DNA from: Octopus sinensis | Lineage: Eukaryota | Direction of reading: 5' to 3' | DNA: 64,000 nt | Assembly (NCBI RefSeq): GCF_006345805.1 | Contig: NC_042997.1 | Span: forward strand, 99,324,001 to 99,388,000 | Shown: positions 50,301 through 63,397 of the stretch, piece after piece | Layout: each line of letters starts with the position of its first letter | Numbering within the stretch: position 1 is the first letter of the stretch | Notes under the pieces: generated by a model | What the model was told of the DNA's origin: nothing | Database searches by the model: none | What the model saw: only the letters and a program-made list of their open reading frames with translations | Program-made: the position numbers and the translations under genes

Positions 50301-52094
50301 GCAGAGAAATGCAAACAGATAAGAAAGAGAGCAGAGAGCTATTCAAAGACACTGAACACACTAGTTGATCAGAATAAAGGAAAGTAATCAGGTGCATTGA
50401 ATGAGAATTAGTGCCATTCGAATAATAAGTTTGCAAATGTGTGTATGTACGCGCGCAACTGTGTGTACATACATTCATATACATATGCGCTTATACAATG
50501 TTGCTCATACAATCACACAGACGTTGTATGTGCATTTATACATGTTATATACTTATAGCAGTATGCCTTTACGCACAAACATAAAAAAACACACAAACCT
50601 TTTATGTGGTTTCGACTTTTGTATTTTATAATTATATATTTTGATATATCTGAAAGAATTGAGCAAATTATATGAAGAATACATCCAATGCTAATAAAGG
50701 TCGTTAAAAGAAAAGACAATCATTGTTATTGAAATGGTAATAGAGGCAACGTTTAATGTTTATATTGAAGGACATTTGAAAAATACGCATTACAGGATAC
50801 GGTAAAATTGGAACAATACACAATAGAAATGCAATAATAATGAGGATATATTGTTGAAGATTAGAAAGATGTTAGGTTAATTTATAAGTGAAAGGTAATT
50901 TGAGAGTGAGATATATTCGATTATCGATACAGTCGAAGTCAATCGTAAATTTTAGAATAACAGAAAAGCATAGAAAAACACTGCTTACACTAAATTATTG
51001 GTGGTTAAATGTTGATCTGAAGAAATGAAGGATGTCATTTTTTTTTTACTTTTCTTGTTTGTTTGTTTTTTTCTTTTGTGTCTTTTATTGGTTTCATTCA
51101 TTGTTCGACGGTCATGTTGGGGCACCTCATTTGAAAGATGTTGGTCGATTATGAGGAACCCAATACTATGTCTACTATATATTTTGTTGACCTTTGAAGG
51201 AGAAATACGTAGTAAAGTCAACCTGAACAGGAATTTTAACTTAGAATGAAACGAGGCGTAGTCATACGTACTCTCTCCATATAATTTTAAAATATATATG
51301 TGTGTTCTTGTGTGTGTGTCTAACTGTCTATCTTTCTGTCTGTTTGTCTGTATATTTGTGTCCGTGAAGTGTATAATACTACTTCAATCAATTGTAATAT
51401 CCTTGGCTTGGTTGGTTCCGAAATCTTGTACATGTCTCATGCACCTCAAGACGTCAGATTTGTCCTTTTATTATTATTATTATTCGTTTAAGCACAACTT
51501 GCCACTTTAATTATATATCATAAACAATAGAGCCTGACAATCTCATATCAGTACTCCTTATTTCCATTATGAATATTGATTTCGTCTGTCAACCCGCAAA
51601 CGCTCTGTATTTTAGGAGAATGTGAAATGAAACAATGTAACATTGGCGCCTTCTTCAAATGCTGTAGCTGTGTCACTTAAATAAGATAACTTCAACTATA
51701 ATTCTAAATCAGTTAACAGTCTATAATAAACAAGATCATAGCTTTTAATTTACACCATGCCTCTGCGTTACTTCTCTTTAGTGTCAAGGCAAATGGGAGC
51801 TATTTTGGAAAAAAATAGGACCACGCAAAAATTTGTGAAATAATACCAAAATATTGTTGGTCCTTATTTTATATATTTTCACTTTCTTTCTGGATGAGAT
51901 AAAGTAACCAGTCTCTGTAAAATATTTTCAGTTATAGTATCGTGGTTGTATCAGATATTTCCAAAAGCGCTTATGTGCTAGCTCGTAATTCCTCTGGTCC
52001 TTGATTCAACACTTAGCTCTGTAATTCAACACAAATGAGTTCCTCCATAATAATTTCCTGCTATTATCTCTATGATAATATTTAAGCACAGTAC

Positions 52095-52298
52095 CAAGTC
52101 GTTAGCAAGCCGTACAAAGTGCTTAGCAACATCTCGTCCGTCTTTACGTTCTGAGTTCAAATTCTGTCGAGGGTAACTTAGCCTTTCATCCTTTCGAGGT
52201 CGTTAAAATAACTATCAGTTGAACACTAGAGTTGACGCAATTGACTTAAGCCATATCCCGGAATTGCTGGCATTGTGTCAAAATTCGAAACCAATATT
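52095..52298 (+). mobile_element. SINE family 2
   Basis: gttctgagttcaaattctgtcgagg..gcctttcatcctttcgagg..aaattcgaaacc. Confidence 0.7.
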
Positions 52299-52639
52299 TA
52301 AACACAATACTACAAGTGAACGAAATACTCATTGATTGAAAAATGTTACGATTGCTTATAGTAATGAGATATATCTACACATCATGTTATCAACTTTCTC
52401 TATATTACATAGAGTCAACCATGAAGAAGTGCCTTAACTATAAACTCAAAAGCTTTGTAACTAGACACAAACCCTACATCTTTTAAAATTCTTTCAAATG
52501 AGACTCTACACACTCTAACTTAGTAATGATCAGATGCCACATAGCCTTTTTTCTTCAGTATTTTCTGCAGTGAAGATCACCTTGACTAAAAGACTTATCA
52601 ATCAGATATAAGCCCTACGTACCATGCGGAAAATTTAAT

Positions 52640-52880
52640 CCAGTCAATCGAAATAAATTCTGAGAAGGAAAGAGCGAAAGGTAGCTGTGAGCAGGACGAG
52701 AGAGGCAGCAGAAAGAACCTCTTACTGGTTATGGAACAAGAGAGAACAATTAAGCGGGTAACCAGGAAACGATGACCAGTGATTTGGCCAACACTACTGA
52801 TACTACGACAGGATGTTACGGTTCAGGATCGAAACACCCGATGATCGTTGGACACCGTCTGATGATATCAGCTCCTCTCG
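52640..52880 (+). mobile_element. HERO/NeSL-like non-LTR 3' end
   Basis: 52681-52746 encodes VAVSRTREAAERTSYWLWNKRE, like the C-terminal AE.ASFWLW.RR motif of HERO elements; UTR gaaacacccgatgatc..ctgatgat. Confidence 0.5.
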
Positions 52881-53441
52881 GCCAAAAGTACTTTCACCAA
52901 AGGTGAAAGAAGAAGCGTCTTATGGGTTTTATCAATATTGTTTAGAAATTAAACAGGCAGAACAGAAAAAAAATAAGATTTGATACTTGTTATATTTTTT
53001 CTATTCATTAAACCTTACCGCAATTGATTTTTGCCTTTCATTTGCCTCTGGGGCCGATAGCATAAATACCAGCAATATATTGAAGTTAATTTAATCGATT
53101 TATTTTACTATATAATTCCCTTTCAATTTATTTTTAATTAATCAATATTTTTCTATTTCTTGAACTCCTGTTTTGAATGTTTACATGCCAAGAAACTTAG
53201 CCTAGTCTTGGCATGCTTTATTCAATCACTAGTCATTTCTAGTATCAATAGATATTTATCAATGATGATGATGGTGGTGGTGGTGGGGTGGATAATGATG
53301 ATGAGGAGGAGGAGGAGGAGGAGGATTTCTTTTATTTGCCACAGGAGCATCAGTAATAAACAAGGATAGGTAGTCAACATGACGGAATAATATAAGACAG
53401 GAAAATGACATGAGTTTTCTTTCCAACAACGTGTAAGAATC

Positions 53442-53476
<35 letters not shown>

Positions 53477-53999
53477 AAAAGAGAAAAAATGGGCTGGAGA
53501 GAGAGATACGTAGACAGAGTAAAGAAGAGAGAGAGAGAAAGAAAGATTCGGTGTCGCTGGCGGCAGTAGGCGTTCAAAACGAATAGTAAGTAAACGTGAT
53601 TATAAATAGTATTGATAAATCTAATAGTATTGCAGAGAGATTGCCAACAAAATCTATGGCGGCAAGATTTTTAAAACAAAATCGAACATTAATGAAATTA
53701 TAAACAAATCAAATTAGAAGCATATCCACGACGACCACCACCATTACCACTACCATCATTGCCACTATCAACTTCATGATCATCGAGCCAAATATGGACC
53801 CTTAATGTGGTAACACACTTGCTAGACATAGCAGCCAAATACTGTATTTTTTTCTTTAAAAAGAAAGAAAAGGGCTCTATGAATAATATAACCCTAGATA
53901 ACCTTCAAATAAATTTGAGATTGTAACAGCTGTTACATAAGTCTATTCGACTGGGGTTAATCTAAGGTTAAGCAACAACCGCAACAGCAGTTTCAACGT

Positions 54000-54355
54000 T
54001 ATTATCATTTTCTCTTTATCACAGGTTTTGTTGGAGCTCCTGGAGTCTTGCATGCGTAATGGACTTATTATCTACAGCCTACGGTACCATGCCATTCGTT
54101 CTTTTTCAGCTATCTAATACTTTCGTGATTATTCTGGTCGTGCCAAGGAGGTAAACCTTTGGTAACAGATCTACTGTGCACTCTATTCCAATTTCTTTTA
54201 TATTCCCCTTGATGCCTTCTGATACTGTTCCCAAGGCCCCAACAATAATTGGCACTATTTTCACCTTCTTCATTTTCCATAGCCGAGCTATTTCGTACTT
54301 CGCAGGGTTATATCTATCTATCTAGCTTTTCGCCTTCCTTCTCGACTATTTGGGG
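54000..54355 (-). mobile_element. Third R4/Dong-type subfamily, 3' fragment
   Basis: Translates EIARLWKMKKVKIVPIIVGALGTVSEG..KVYLLGTTRIITKVLDS*. Confidence 0.75.
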
Positions 54356-54371
54356 ATTTCTTTTTTTTTTT

Positions 54372-55470
54372 CAATTTTGCTTCCATTTCTTGCCTAGTGT
54401 CTTCCCGACGCCTAGGCCATTAAAATAAACACATCCCATTGTTCACTTAGAAAGTGAAGATATGTGATAGGAAAAAAAAGGAAAAGAAGACAGAAGAAAG
54501 GAAAAGAAGAAAAATAAATAAAAGAGATAGAAAATGGGGCGAAAATAAAGAAAAAGGGAGAAAATGAAAAATTCACAGCGACAATGCTCATTACGTGTGA
54601 CATACCTGTTAAGACAATCTTTTGCATCTGTTGCATGAATCATTCTCAAATAATTTTCAGTTACTTCTTTGATCATTCCAAGCGCTCCTACAATCACTGG
54701 TATTGTAACAGTCTTGAGATGCCACATTTTTTTTCGATTTAAATAAGTAAAACTTTATAATTACTGATCTTGTCAATTCTTTCGCCGAGATATTATGATC
54801 ACAAGGAATGCTCATGCCAATCAATAAACAGACTTTACAGTTTTGGTCTTTCACAACAATATCTGGTTTATTAGCTGTGGTAGTCCGGTCCGTATGTTCC
54901 GGAAAGTTCCAAAGAATCGTTGCATTTTCTCCCTCAGTTACAGCCTCAAGATAGTGCATGCACTATTTGTCAGCAGTTTTGATTTTATAATGCCGACATA
55001 TTAACCAGTGTAGATAGTGGCCAACTCTGTCATGTCTTGATTTATACTCTATGGGTGCTAAACTTTACATCCAGAGGTTAGGTGGACCTCTGTTTCAATA
55101 TTATCGTTGCAGTATCGGCACTTTGGGTCTACTCCATTTTTCGTCACATTGGCTTGATAGTTCTGGGTCAATAAGCTCTGATCTTGAGCAGCTAAGATGA
55201 AGCCTTCGTTCTCTGCCTTTAGCTCTGAGTTCCGTAGCCACTGAAGTGCTTCTGGTCTACCTCAGCTTGTTTCCTACTGGCCACAATTTCGCCATGCAAA
55301 GGTTTTTGTTTCCACCTGTCAGCCAATTATTCATACGGTTTTTCTTTGCCACTGATTTCACCTTTTTGCAACAACAGCTGCTGCACATCCATTATGCTTT
55401 TCAGCTTAGGCTGAGCTCAATTGGAAATTTTTTGCACTCTTCCATGATAGAATAAAGCTTCTTACACCTA
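54372..55470 (-). mobile_element. Decayed copy of the 14903-16497 R4/Dong element
   Basis: ENATILWNFPEHTDRTTTANKPDIVVKD and MWHLKTVTIPVIVGALG; same 3' UTR (ccatttcttgcc.agtgtcttcccgac); 5' break abuts (AAT/AAC)n. Confidence 0.9.
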
Positions 55471-55518
55471 ATATTATTATTGTTGTTGTTGTTGTTGTTG
55501 CTGTTGTTATTATCACTA

Positions 55519-55619
<101 letters not shown>

Positions 55620-55641
55620 GTTGTTGTTGTTGTTATTGTTA

Positions 55642-56816
55642 TTGAGTGAGTGAGAGAGCAGTGCATGACCTCGCAGGTGGGGCCCAGTTAGAATTTTCTT
55701 CAGGTCGAATAGCCCGTTGCTAGACTGGTCAGTGATGCGCAAACATGCGCTACCCCAAACAGATACATCTACAACAACCTCTACCTCACGCGATACAACA
55801 TAGAGTGTGTAGGTAAAGAACCTGGCATGGGTGAAGATCTGATCAATTTGGATCGATCGAAAGCTTTTGATAGGATTGACCATTAATACTTGGCGGCTGT
55901 CCTGAAGGCTGTTGGTTTCATCCCGTTTTCAGAGGCTGGATCGCTGCAATGTATAGCGGACATCTGTTCAGTGGTCAAAGTTAATGGCCACCTTTTGGAA
56001 CCGTTTAGCATCGCACGCTCGGTTCGTCAATGATGCCCCTCCTGCACGTGCTGGCTCTCGAACAATTACTGCAGAATCTGGATGTTTGGACAGGCATCCT
56101 GCATGAACCAGGATGCGAATTTTTTGTGTGTCAGCATATGCAGACGATGTTCCAATTCGAACGTCTCGGAAATCGGAAATTGGCACTACACTAAAGGAAT
56201 ACGAAGCGGTGACAGGAGCAAAGATTAACCAGGAGCAGTCAGTGGGCCTGCTTCCCGACACGTGCAGGGGCAGGTCCATGCTGACCGACAGTGTTGTTGG
56301 ACGCTTGACGGAAGGACCGGTTAAACTGCTCGGGGTCTGGTTTGGTCCAGATCCACAAGTGGACAAGAAATGGGAAGAGGTCACACACAGGGTAGCCAAT
56401 CTCACCCCAAAATGGGGTGAGAGAAAGCTGTCCCTGAAAGGTCGGGCAGAGGTATCAAATGCATACATCGCATCCTTCATCTATTACCGCCCGTCTGAAA
56501 GATTGTTTAAGGATGTTGAACGAACCACCCATGTTTCCAAAGGGGAATTATCCAAACCTCTAAGAATTCCTTTCAACACACGGCTATGATGCTCCCCACT
56601 ACTTCTACTAATGATCAGAGATGCACATGTCGTCAGCCACTAAGGGATATGCTCATCTGGTTAAGGTCAAACAACTAACAAGCAAATCTGTGGTAATGGG
56701 CAGAATATTTACTGTAGCCCATCTTTTATACCAAGACAAAACAATGTACATGATAATACTTGAAATCAGTTAAGATCAGAAGCCACGAGAGCCACTGCCT
56801 GGTACTGCATCAGGGC
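55642..56816 (-). mobile_element. (AAT)n-flanked element, internally deleted, carrying a Tx1 RT insertion
   Basis: 55642-55716 and ~56495-56816 match the two ends of 14107-14690. Confidence 0.75.
55720..56490 (+). pseudogene. L1/Tx1-clade reverse transcriptase fragment
   Basis: INLDRSKAFDRIDH, VKVNGHLLEPFSIARSVRQ, SAYADDV, GAKINQEQS, KLLGVWFG, KLSLKGRAEV. Confidence 0.9.
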
Positions 56817-56820
56817 ATTA

Positions 56821-56911
<91 letters not shown>

Positions 56912-57191
56912 ATCATATCGTTGTCACTAACACCCCCGCAACGACCGGTGTTACTGCCAAATTCCCCACCAACATCTCTGTCAACCTATCAATTGTCTTC
57001 AGCCACAGAAAACAACCACAACATTTAAACGTATATCATCACTACCACCACTACTGCTTCCATCTCTACCAACACCATTATCAACATCATCATCATCGTC
57101 ATCGTTAACAGTACCATCATCATCATTATAGCCATCATTGTTATCTATCATCGTCATCCTCATTAGCATCAACAGTATCACCATCGCCAGT

Positions 57192-57242
<51 letters not shown>

Positions 57243-57660
57243 TTCATCATCATCTTCATCATCATCATCACCGTCACTATAATCATCATCATTATCGTCA
57301 TCTTCCTCAGAATCATCATGATCATCATTATCATCATCGTCATCGTTATCAACAACACTATCAATATCATTCCCATCACCACCACCATCACCATCGTCAT
57401 CACCTTTATTATGGTTATTCATCATCATCATCATCGTGATCATCATCGTGATCATCATCGTCGTCATCATTGCCTTCTTTTTTTCCTTCTTCTTCTTCTT
57501 CTTCTCCTCCATCATCAGCAGCAGCAGCATCATTATTCTCAACATACATCATCATCATCATCATTATTGGAAAACACCAAATCAAACAGACAGTAACAAC
57601 AACAACAGCAACAACAACAACAACAGCAACAACAGCAGCAACAACAAGAATAAGAACTAA
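56817..57660. repeat. (ATT)n/(CAT)n/(AAC)n mosaic low-complexity tract
   Basis: Directly visible. Confidence 0.92.
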
Positions 57661-57974
57661 CAACGACATTTCTAAAAATAACTCAGATTTCGGAAAATAA
57701 TATTTCCACAGAAACCGCAAAAAAGATGATTTCAATTACATTTAATTTCCAACGTTCTCATTTTAATTTAATCAAAATCGTTTGACAGTGAGTGCATGAT
57801 CAATTAGCAGTTTAGTTAAAAGATCAGTGAACAATTTTAACAGTACTCAGACACACTGGTGTAGAAATGTGATTTTTCAGAATATAGAAATCTGTGTGAT
57901 TGTTTGACACATGATTAAACGCATACATACACTAGATTCAGGTAAACAAACATATACGCGTATTTATAAATATA

Positions 57975-58055
57975 CAGGCGCGGCTGTGTGGTAAGAAGCT
58001 TGCTTCCCAACCACATGGTTCCGGTTTCAATCCCACAGCGTGGTACCTTGGACAT
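57975..58055 (+). mobile_element. SINE family 1 head
   Basis: caggcgcggctgtgtggtaagaagcttgcttcccaaccacatggttccggtttcaatccc. Confidence 0.75.
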
Positions 58056-58316
58056 GTATATTTTACTAGAGATAAACGAGTCAAAAAGATGTTGAACTAA
58101 CAACTACAGGAAAGTTGACAATTCGTATCTCATTAATGGCACTATGCAGTTTCCATGGTAAGATACTTCACTGAACCAATGCGTTATCACCACAATGCAT
58201 TAAGCATTCACTGTAAAATAATAGCCGGTATATTTAAAACGTTGGCTGGTTGGTTGGTTGAAAGATCCTCCTGTCACGCTTACATCGTAAAGAAAAGGGA
58301 GGGCATAAATAGTAAA

Positions 58317-58392
<76 letters not shown>

Positions 58393-58768
58393 AACATAAG
58401 AGATACAGGATGAATGTTTGATAGGAAGCAATAATTAAAAAATGCTACATACATGCACAGACTGAGAGAGAAAACTCGTAAAAGCGGAAGAGGTGGAATA
58501 TTATGGTGGATAATATCACAAATATATGCATGCATGTGTAATAAGAAAGATGTTATTTGGTGTGTCACAGAATAACAATTTTAAAAATGCGAATAGCACA
58601 TCTACATATGCATAAAGTGTATATGACTTAGTATACACATTATTGGGGAAAACATATTTTCTCTTTATTTTATAGTTTATATTCAAAAAGTAAGAAACAA
58701 ATGAAAAACAATATTTCTCTCCGTGTTCGTTTTATATTATGGAAATTCACATATAAACACGCACCAAC

Positions 58769-58818
<50 letters not shown>

Positions 58819-59330
58819 TATATAATAAGAGAGAGGTTGGTGTTCCACCACCTAATATGATCTATAAATTCCTAAAAGTGTAACGAAATTTTACAGAGAT
58901 AAGTTTTCGATAGAGTAGATTCCGATTATTTAATGAAATTTATAAAAATATGTTTTGAAAGCTGTTTTGGACCATTCTCTACCGAGCCCCGGATTCTATT
59001 ACTCCGATTTCTGTAATTTTAGCATTTTTTTTACTTGCGAATTTGCTTGAATCATCAGCGCTATGCAATCTATCTACATTCTCGAAAACGTATCTCTGTA
59101 AAATACCATTGAAAAATATGCATTTTAATAAGAATTATAAGAAAAGAAAGATGCAATGACTAGAAACTCCTCCAAAAGTATTTTTATGTACACCATGGAA
59201 AATGTATCTGCATAATTTCATTTAAAAAATGTGCATTTTTATGAAAGTAATGTGCAAGCCGTTAATATACAAATATAAACTCAAATATGGGGGGATATTC
59301 GTGGATTCCACACGTGTAGTGTAAATATAG

Positions 59331-59543
59331 ATTTCAAATTTTGGCACAAAGCCAGCAATTTTTGGTGAGGGGATAAGTCGGTTACATCGACTCCAATGGT
59401 CAACCGCTACTTATTTTATCGACCTCGAAAGAATGAAAAGCAAAGTCAACATCGGCGGTATTTTAACTCAAAACATAAAGACGGAGGAAATAGCGCTTAG
59501 CATTTTGCCCGGCGTGCTAACGATTCTGACAGTTGGACCCCTA
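59331..59543 (-). mobile_element. SINE family 2 (inverted relative to the adjacent array)
   Basis: Reverse complement reads cagaatcgttagcacgccgggcaaaatgc.. Confidence 0.8.
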
Positions 59544-59569
59544 CATAGTGTAAATATGACTTGCGATTT

Positions 59570-60165
59570 AAGGCGGCGAGCTAGCAGAAACGTTAGCACG
59601 CCGGGCGAAATGCGTAGCCGTATTTCGTCAGCCATTACGTTGTGAGTTCAAATTCCGCCGAGGTCGACTTTGCCTTTCATCCTTTCGGGGTCGATAAAAT
59701 AAGTACCAGCAACGCACTGGGGTCGATATAATCGACTTAATTTGTTTGTCTGTCATTGTTTGTCCTCTCTGTGTGTAGCTCCTTGTGGGTAGTAAAGAAA
59801 TAGGTATTTCGTCTGCCGCTATGTTCTGAGTTCAAATTCCGCTGAGGTCGACTTTGCCTTTCATCCTTTCGGGGTCGATTAAATAAGTACCAGTTACGCA
59901 TTGGGGTCGATGTAATCGACTTAATCCGTTTGTCTGTCCTTGTTTGTCCTCTCTGTGTTGAGCCCCTTGAGGACAATAAAGAAATAAGAATCGTTATCGT
60001 GCCGGGTAAAGTGCTTAGCAGCATTTCGTCTGCATCTACGTTCAAATTCTGCCGAGGTCGACTTTGTCTTTCATCCTTTTGGGGTCGATACAATAAGTAC
60101 CAGTTGAGCAGTTTTATCCCCTCCCCGAAATTACTGGTCTTCCACCAGAATTTGAAACAAATATT
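59570..60165 (+). mobile_element. SINE family 2 head-to-tail trimer
   Basis: ttcaaatt..gaggtcgactttg..tttcatcc..ggggtcga..ataagtaccag occurs three times (~59645, ~59830, ~60040). Confidence 0.85.
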
Positions 60166-60530
60166 ATGATTACTTAGATTAATTAAACTAACTGACTTAC
60201 CGTTATATAGTATATTTTACAAACAACAAATCATCATGGTTTAGAGTTTTTGTAGACATTCTGAGATTTCAGAATGTTCTTTTCTGGTCCTAGTTTAACA
60301 CCCAATGACAGGAGTGGGAATATTATGTGATTTAAGGCCAGTCGATATATTGTTATAACATGTAAACATTTTCAATAGTCGAATACTAAACAAAAAAAGT
60401 TGAGAGGAATGCCTGTACATGCTTAGGAATGTTTTTACATGTTTAGTTCAAATTCCGCCGAGGTCGGCTTTACCTTTCATCCTTTCGGGCCGATAAAATA
60501 ATTTTTTACGAAAGAAAATTCGTAATCTTC

Positions 60531-60623
60531 GCAGGCGTGACTGTGTGTTAAGAAGCTTGTTTCCCAACTACATGTTCTGGTTTCAGTCCCACTGCGTAGC
60601 ACCTTGGATAAGTGTGTTCTACC

Positions 60624-60680
<57 letters not shown>

Positions 60681-60932
60681 TGTATGTATGTATGTATTAT
60701 GTATGTGCGTGTGTTCGTCTTTATGGCTGTGTTTATCCCCCCTCATCACAGCTTGACAACTGGCGTTGCTATGTTTACGTCACCGTAACTTAGCGGTTCA
60801 GTAAAGAGACCGATAGAATAAGTACTAGGCTTTAAAAAATAAATCCTGGGATCGATTTGTTCAACTAAAACCCTTCAAGGCGGTGTTCCAACATGGTTGC
60901 AGTCAGATGACTGAAACAAGTAAAACAAAAGA
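60531..60932 (+). mobile_element. SINE family 1 with internal (TA)n tract
   Basis: gcaggcgtgactgtgtgttaagaag..tttacgtcaccgtaacttagcggttc..gactgaaacaagtaaaac. Confidence 0.8.
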
Positions 60933-62399
60933 TATATCGGTTGTCATGTTTGCGTTAATGGTAGACAGGATTACAACAGAGCTTCTGCGTGGTAATTTGA
61001 CTTGGTAGAAATAACAGCCGTCAAAATCTCCATTAAAATACAGCCAGCATAATGACTCGAAAAAGTTGGTCACATTGTATACTATAGTTCTAGTCTGGCC
61101 ATCTGAGAGAATGGTAGTAACACCTTTGATCATATTTCTACCCAGTCAGAGTTAACCTGGGATTAAACAACGATAAAAACAATGATGGCAAGAAGAACCG
61201 TCACGGCACCAATGGATAATTATTCAATATAATTTGGTTTTTGACACTGCGTTATAGTAAGGTACCGAGAAAATAGGTATGCTATTTTTAGTGTTAACTA
61301 TATTTTTTTCGACCAGAGCTAAGGACTAATTTTACAATAAAACATGTTGATGGGATCAATCAGAGTATATTACTGGCACATACTTTATCGTGCACGCATA
61401 GCGTAGAGATTCGCAGAACACCATTCGCTAATTCTTCTCAAAGCAGCAAGTATTGTGTAACAGCAGTTTCCATGTTAATGACATCAAAGAGATGTGTCTG
61501 TGATATTGAGCTATTTCCGATAGTTTTTTATCTAACTTTTTATTCTATTTTTTCTGATTGATTGTTTTGTTGTTTTTGTTGCCGTCGTTGTGTGTGTGTG
61601 TGTGTGTGTGTGTATCAGTCGAAGATCGTTTATTGCAGCTTGGACGTTCAATATTTCATCATCTAATTGTCTTGTCATTTATAAAGATAAGAGACAGCTG
61701 GAGTAGAAAAGAAACATCTTTGGAGATTCTGTTTCCTACATTACAATTCGATCGGTATATTATATGCGACGAGATTAATAGTCTGGGAATCTTAAACTGC
61801 TCTAGCTGTAAATCATCTTAGAACTGTTGGCATGTAAGAAACAGCTGTTTTGAAAAGGTTGGTTTAACATGAATTGGAAAACCGATACAGTAAAAATGTT
61901 CATTCTCTCAAATGAAACATTCTTATATTGTAATTTGCGAATATATTAGCGTGTTTATGTTGTTCTTCGTGTCTTATTAATGCAGGAATTGAATGAGGTA
62001 TTGGAATTCTGGATATCATGCTGATTTTCATAATGTTTATTCTGAGGAAAATACATAAGAGAGATTTCCCGGAGCCTACATCATATCCAAGAAACAACTT
62101 GAAAGTGTCGCTGTACTGTATTAGGGATACAAACTGTCTACCTTAGGTTTACGTTTCAAAATACACATCAGTCACATCTAAATGACTAACATCAGTACTG
62201 CTGTTACAGAGTCTTTCTCAGACTAACAACGATCTCCCACTGTTTCGGTAACACTGCTGTCTTAGACATTATTCATAATTCCTTGGATGTCCTCTGGGAA
62301 AACCATATTTATTAAGTCAGCAATTCAACTTCTAGATTACTGCATTATGCTGTTGCAGCTCCTTTTGGTTTCACTGTTCTCTCCATTACTCCTTGTTCT

Positions 62400-62443
<44 letters not shown>

Positions 62444-63289
62444 ATTGTGGGATGGCTGTGGCTTTGATACTTGTTATGCTTCCACATACATCTCAGAAAC
62501 ATTACTGTCCTTGATGGTATTGGCTTTTACATATTTAATATAGCTGAAATTGGTATGTGCACCCAACTGCATCGAGATAGTTTGCGCCAAAACTTCAAGC
62601 GATTTTACTTGAACATACAAGAACAATCACTTCTTAGCTTAACATGAGAGAACTTCCACACACCTTCGAAACTCTAAACAGAAAATAGGGAATGCCCGAG
62701 CTACAAAACTCCCCTGCAAATGCGAAAGAAGTATACCCTACAAAGAGGAGCCAAACAGGATCAGTGGATGTGTTGTCGATTACTGAGAATAGGGTGAAAA
62801 TGTGCTCCCACTGTCCCCTGTAATTTATATTTAATTTCAAAGATATCATTCCATACCACGAAACAAAATCAGTGGAAATAACTCATCAGCATCATTTGCA
62901 AAATCCGCTCTCTAAACTATAAAGAAAACTGTAAAAGAAGTGGACAAGATCAAATACATGCGTCTGTTTCTCTTCTTAAACAGGAATGAGAGAAGCATCT
63001 TCCTCAATGTTACATTAAAAATAAATTTTTTTGCAATCGCAATGCTATTACAAAATACTCAAGGATGAGTACTTTTGCCATGGGACCACGCATAAAGAGA
63101 GAATTATGAATTAATAGAATTATATACATCAGATATATATCGGGAGAGCTTTCGCTCTGCAGGCGTCCGGTATTTGCTGTGATGATGGACTATTCATTTT
63201 GCAAATAATAAATGAACATTTGATGTATGCTGTAAGATTTAAAGCTCACTGTACATACGAATCGAAGCGTTTTTGATATCTAATTAAAG

Positions 63290-63397
63290 AGGGTGCGGTG
63301 AGCTGGCAGAATTGTTAGCACGCCGGGTGAATGCTTAGCGGCATTTCGTCCGTCTGCATGTTCTGAGCTCAAATTCCACCGAGGTCGACTTTACTTT
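63290..63397 (+). mobile_element. SINE family 2 head, 3'-truncated at the PLE junction
   Basis: gcggtgagctggcagaattgttagcacgccggg..gaggtcgactttacttt. Confidence 0.8.

Noticed and set aside
52825-52870. GAAAC..CTGATGA order suggesting a type-II hammerhead
   Set aside because: Stem I and the NUH site cannot be drawn; better explained as a HERO-like 3' UTR.
55968-56480. 170-aa minus-strand ORF (also 63477-63890 on the plus strand)
   Set aside because: Antisense shadows of Tx1 and PLE RT fragments.
56999-57735. Poly-Asp/Met/Ile ORFs resembling acidic biomineralisation proteins (also 43782-44273)
   Set aside because: Open in several frames on both strands and composed of (CAT)/(GGT)/(AAC) arrays; no splice or unique-domain support.
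62634-62849. 71-aa hydrophobic minus-strand ORF with possible AG/GT boundaries
   Set aside because: Poor polypyrimidine tract and no recognisable protein similarity.
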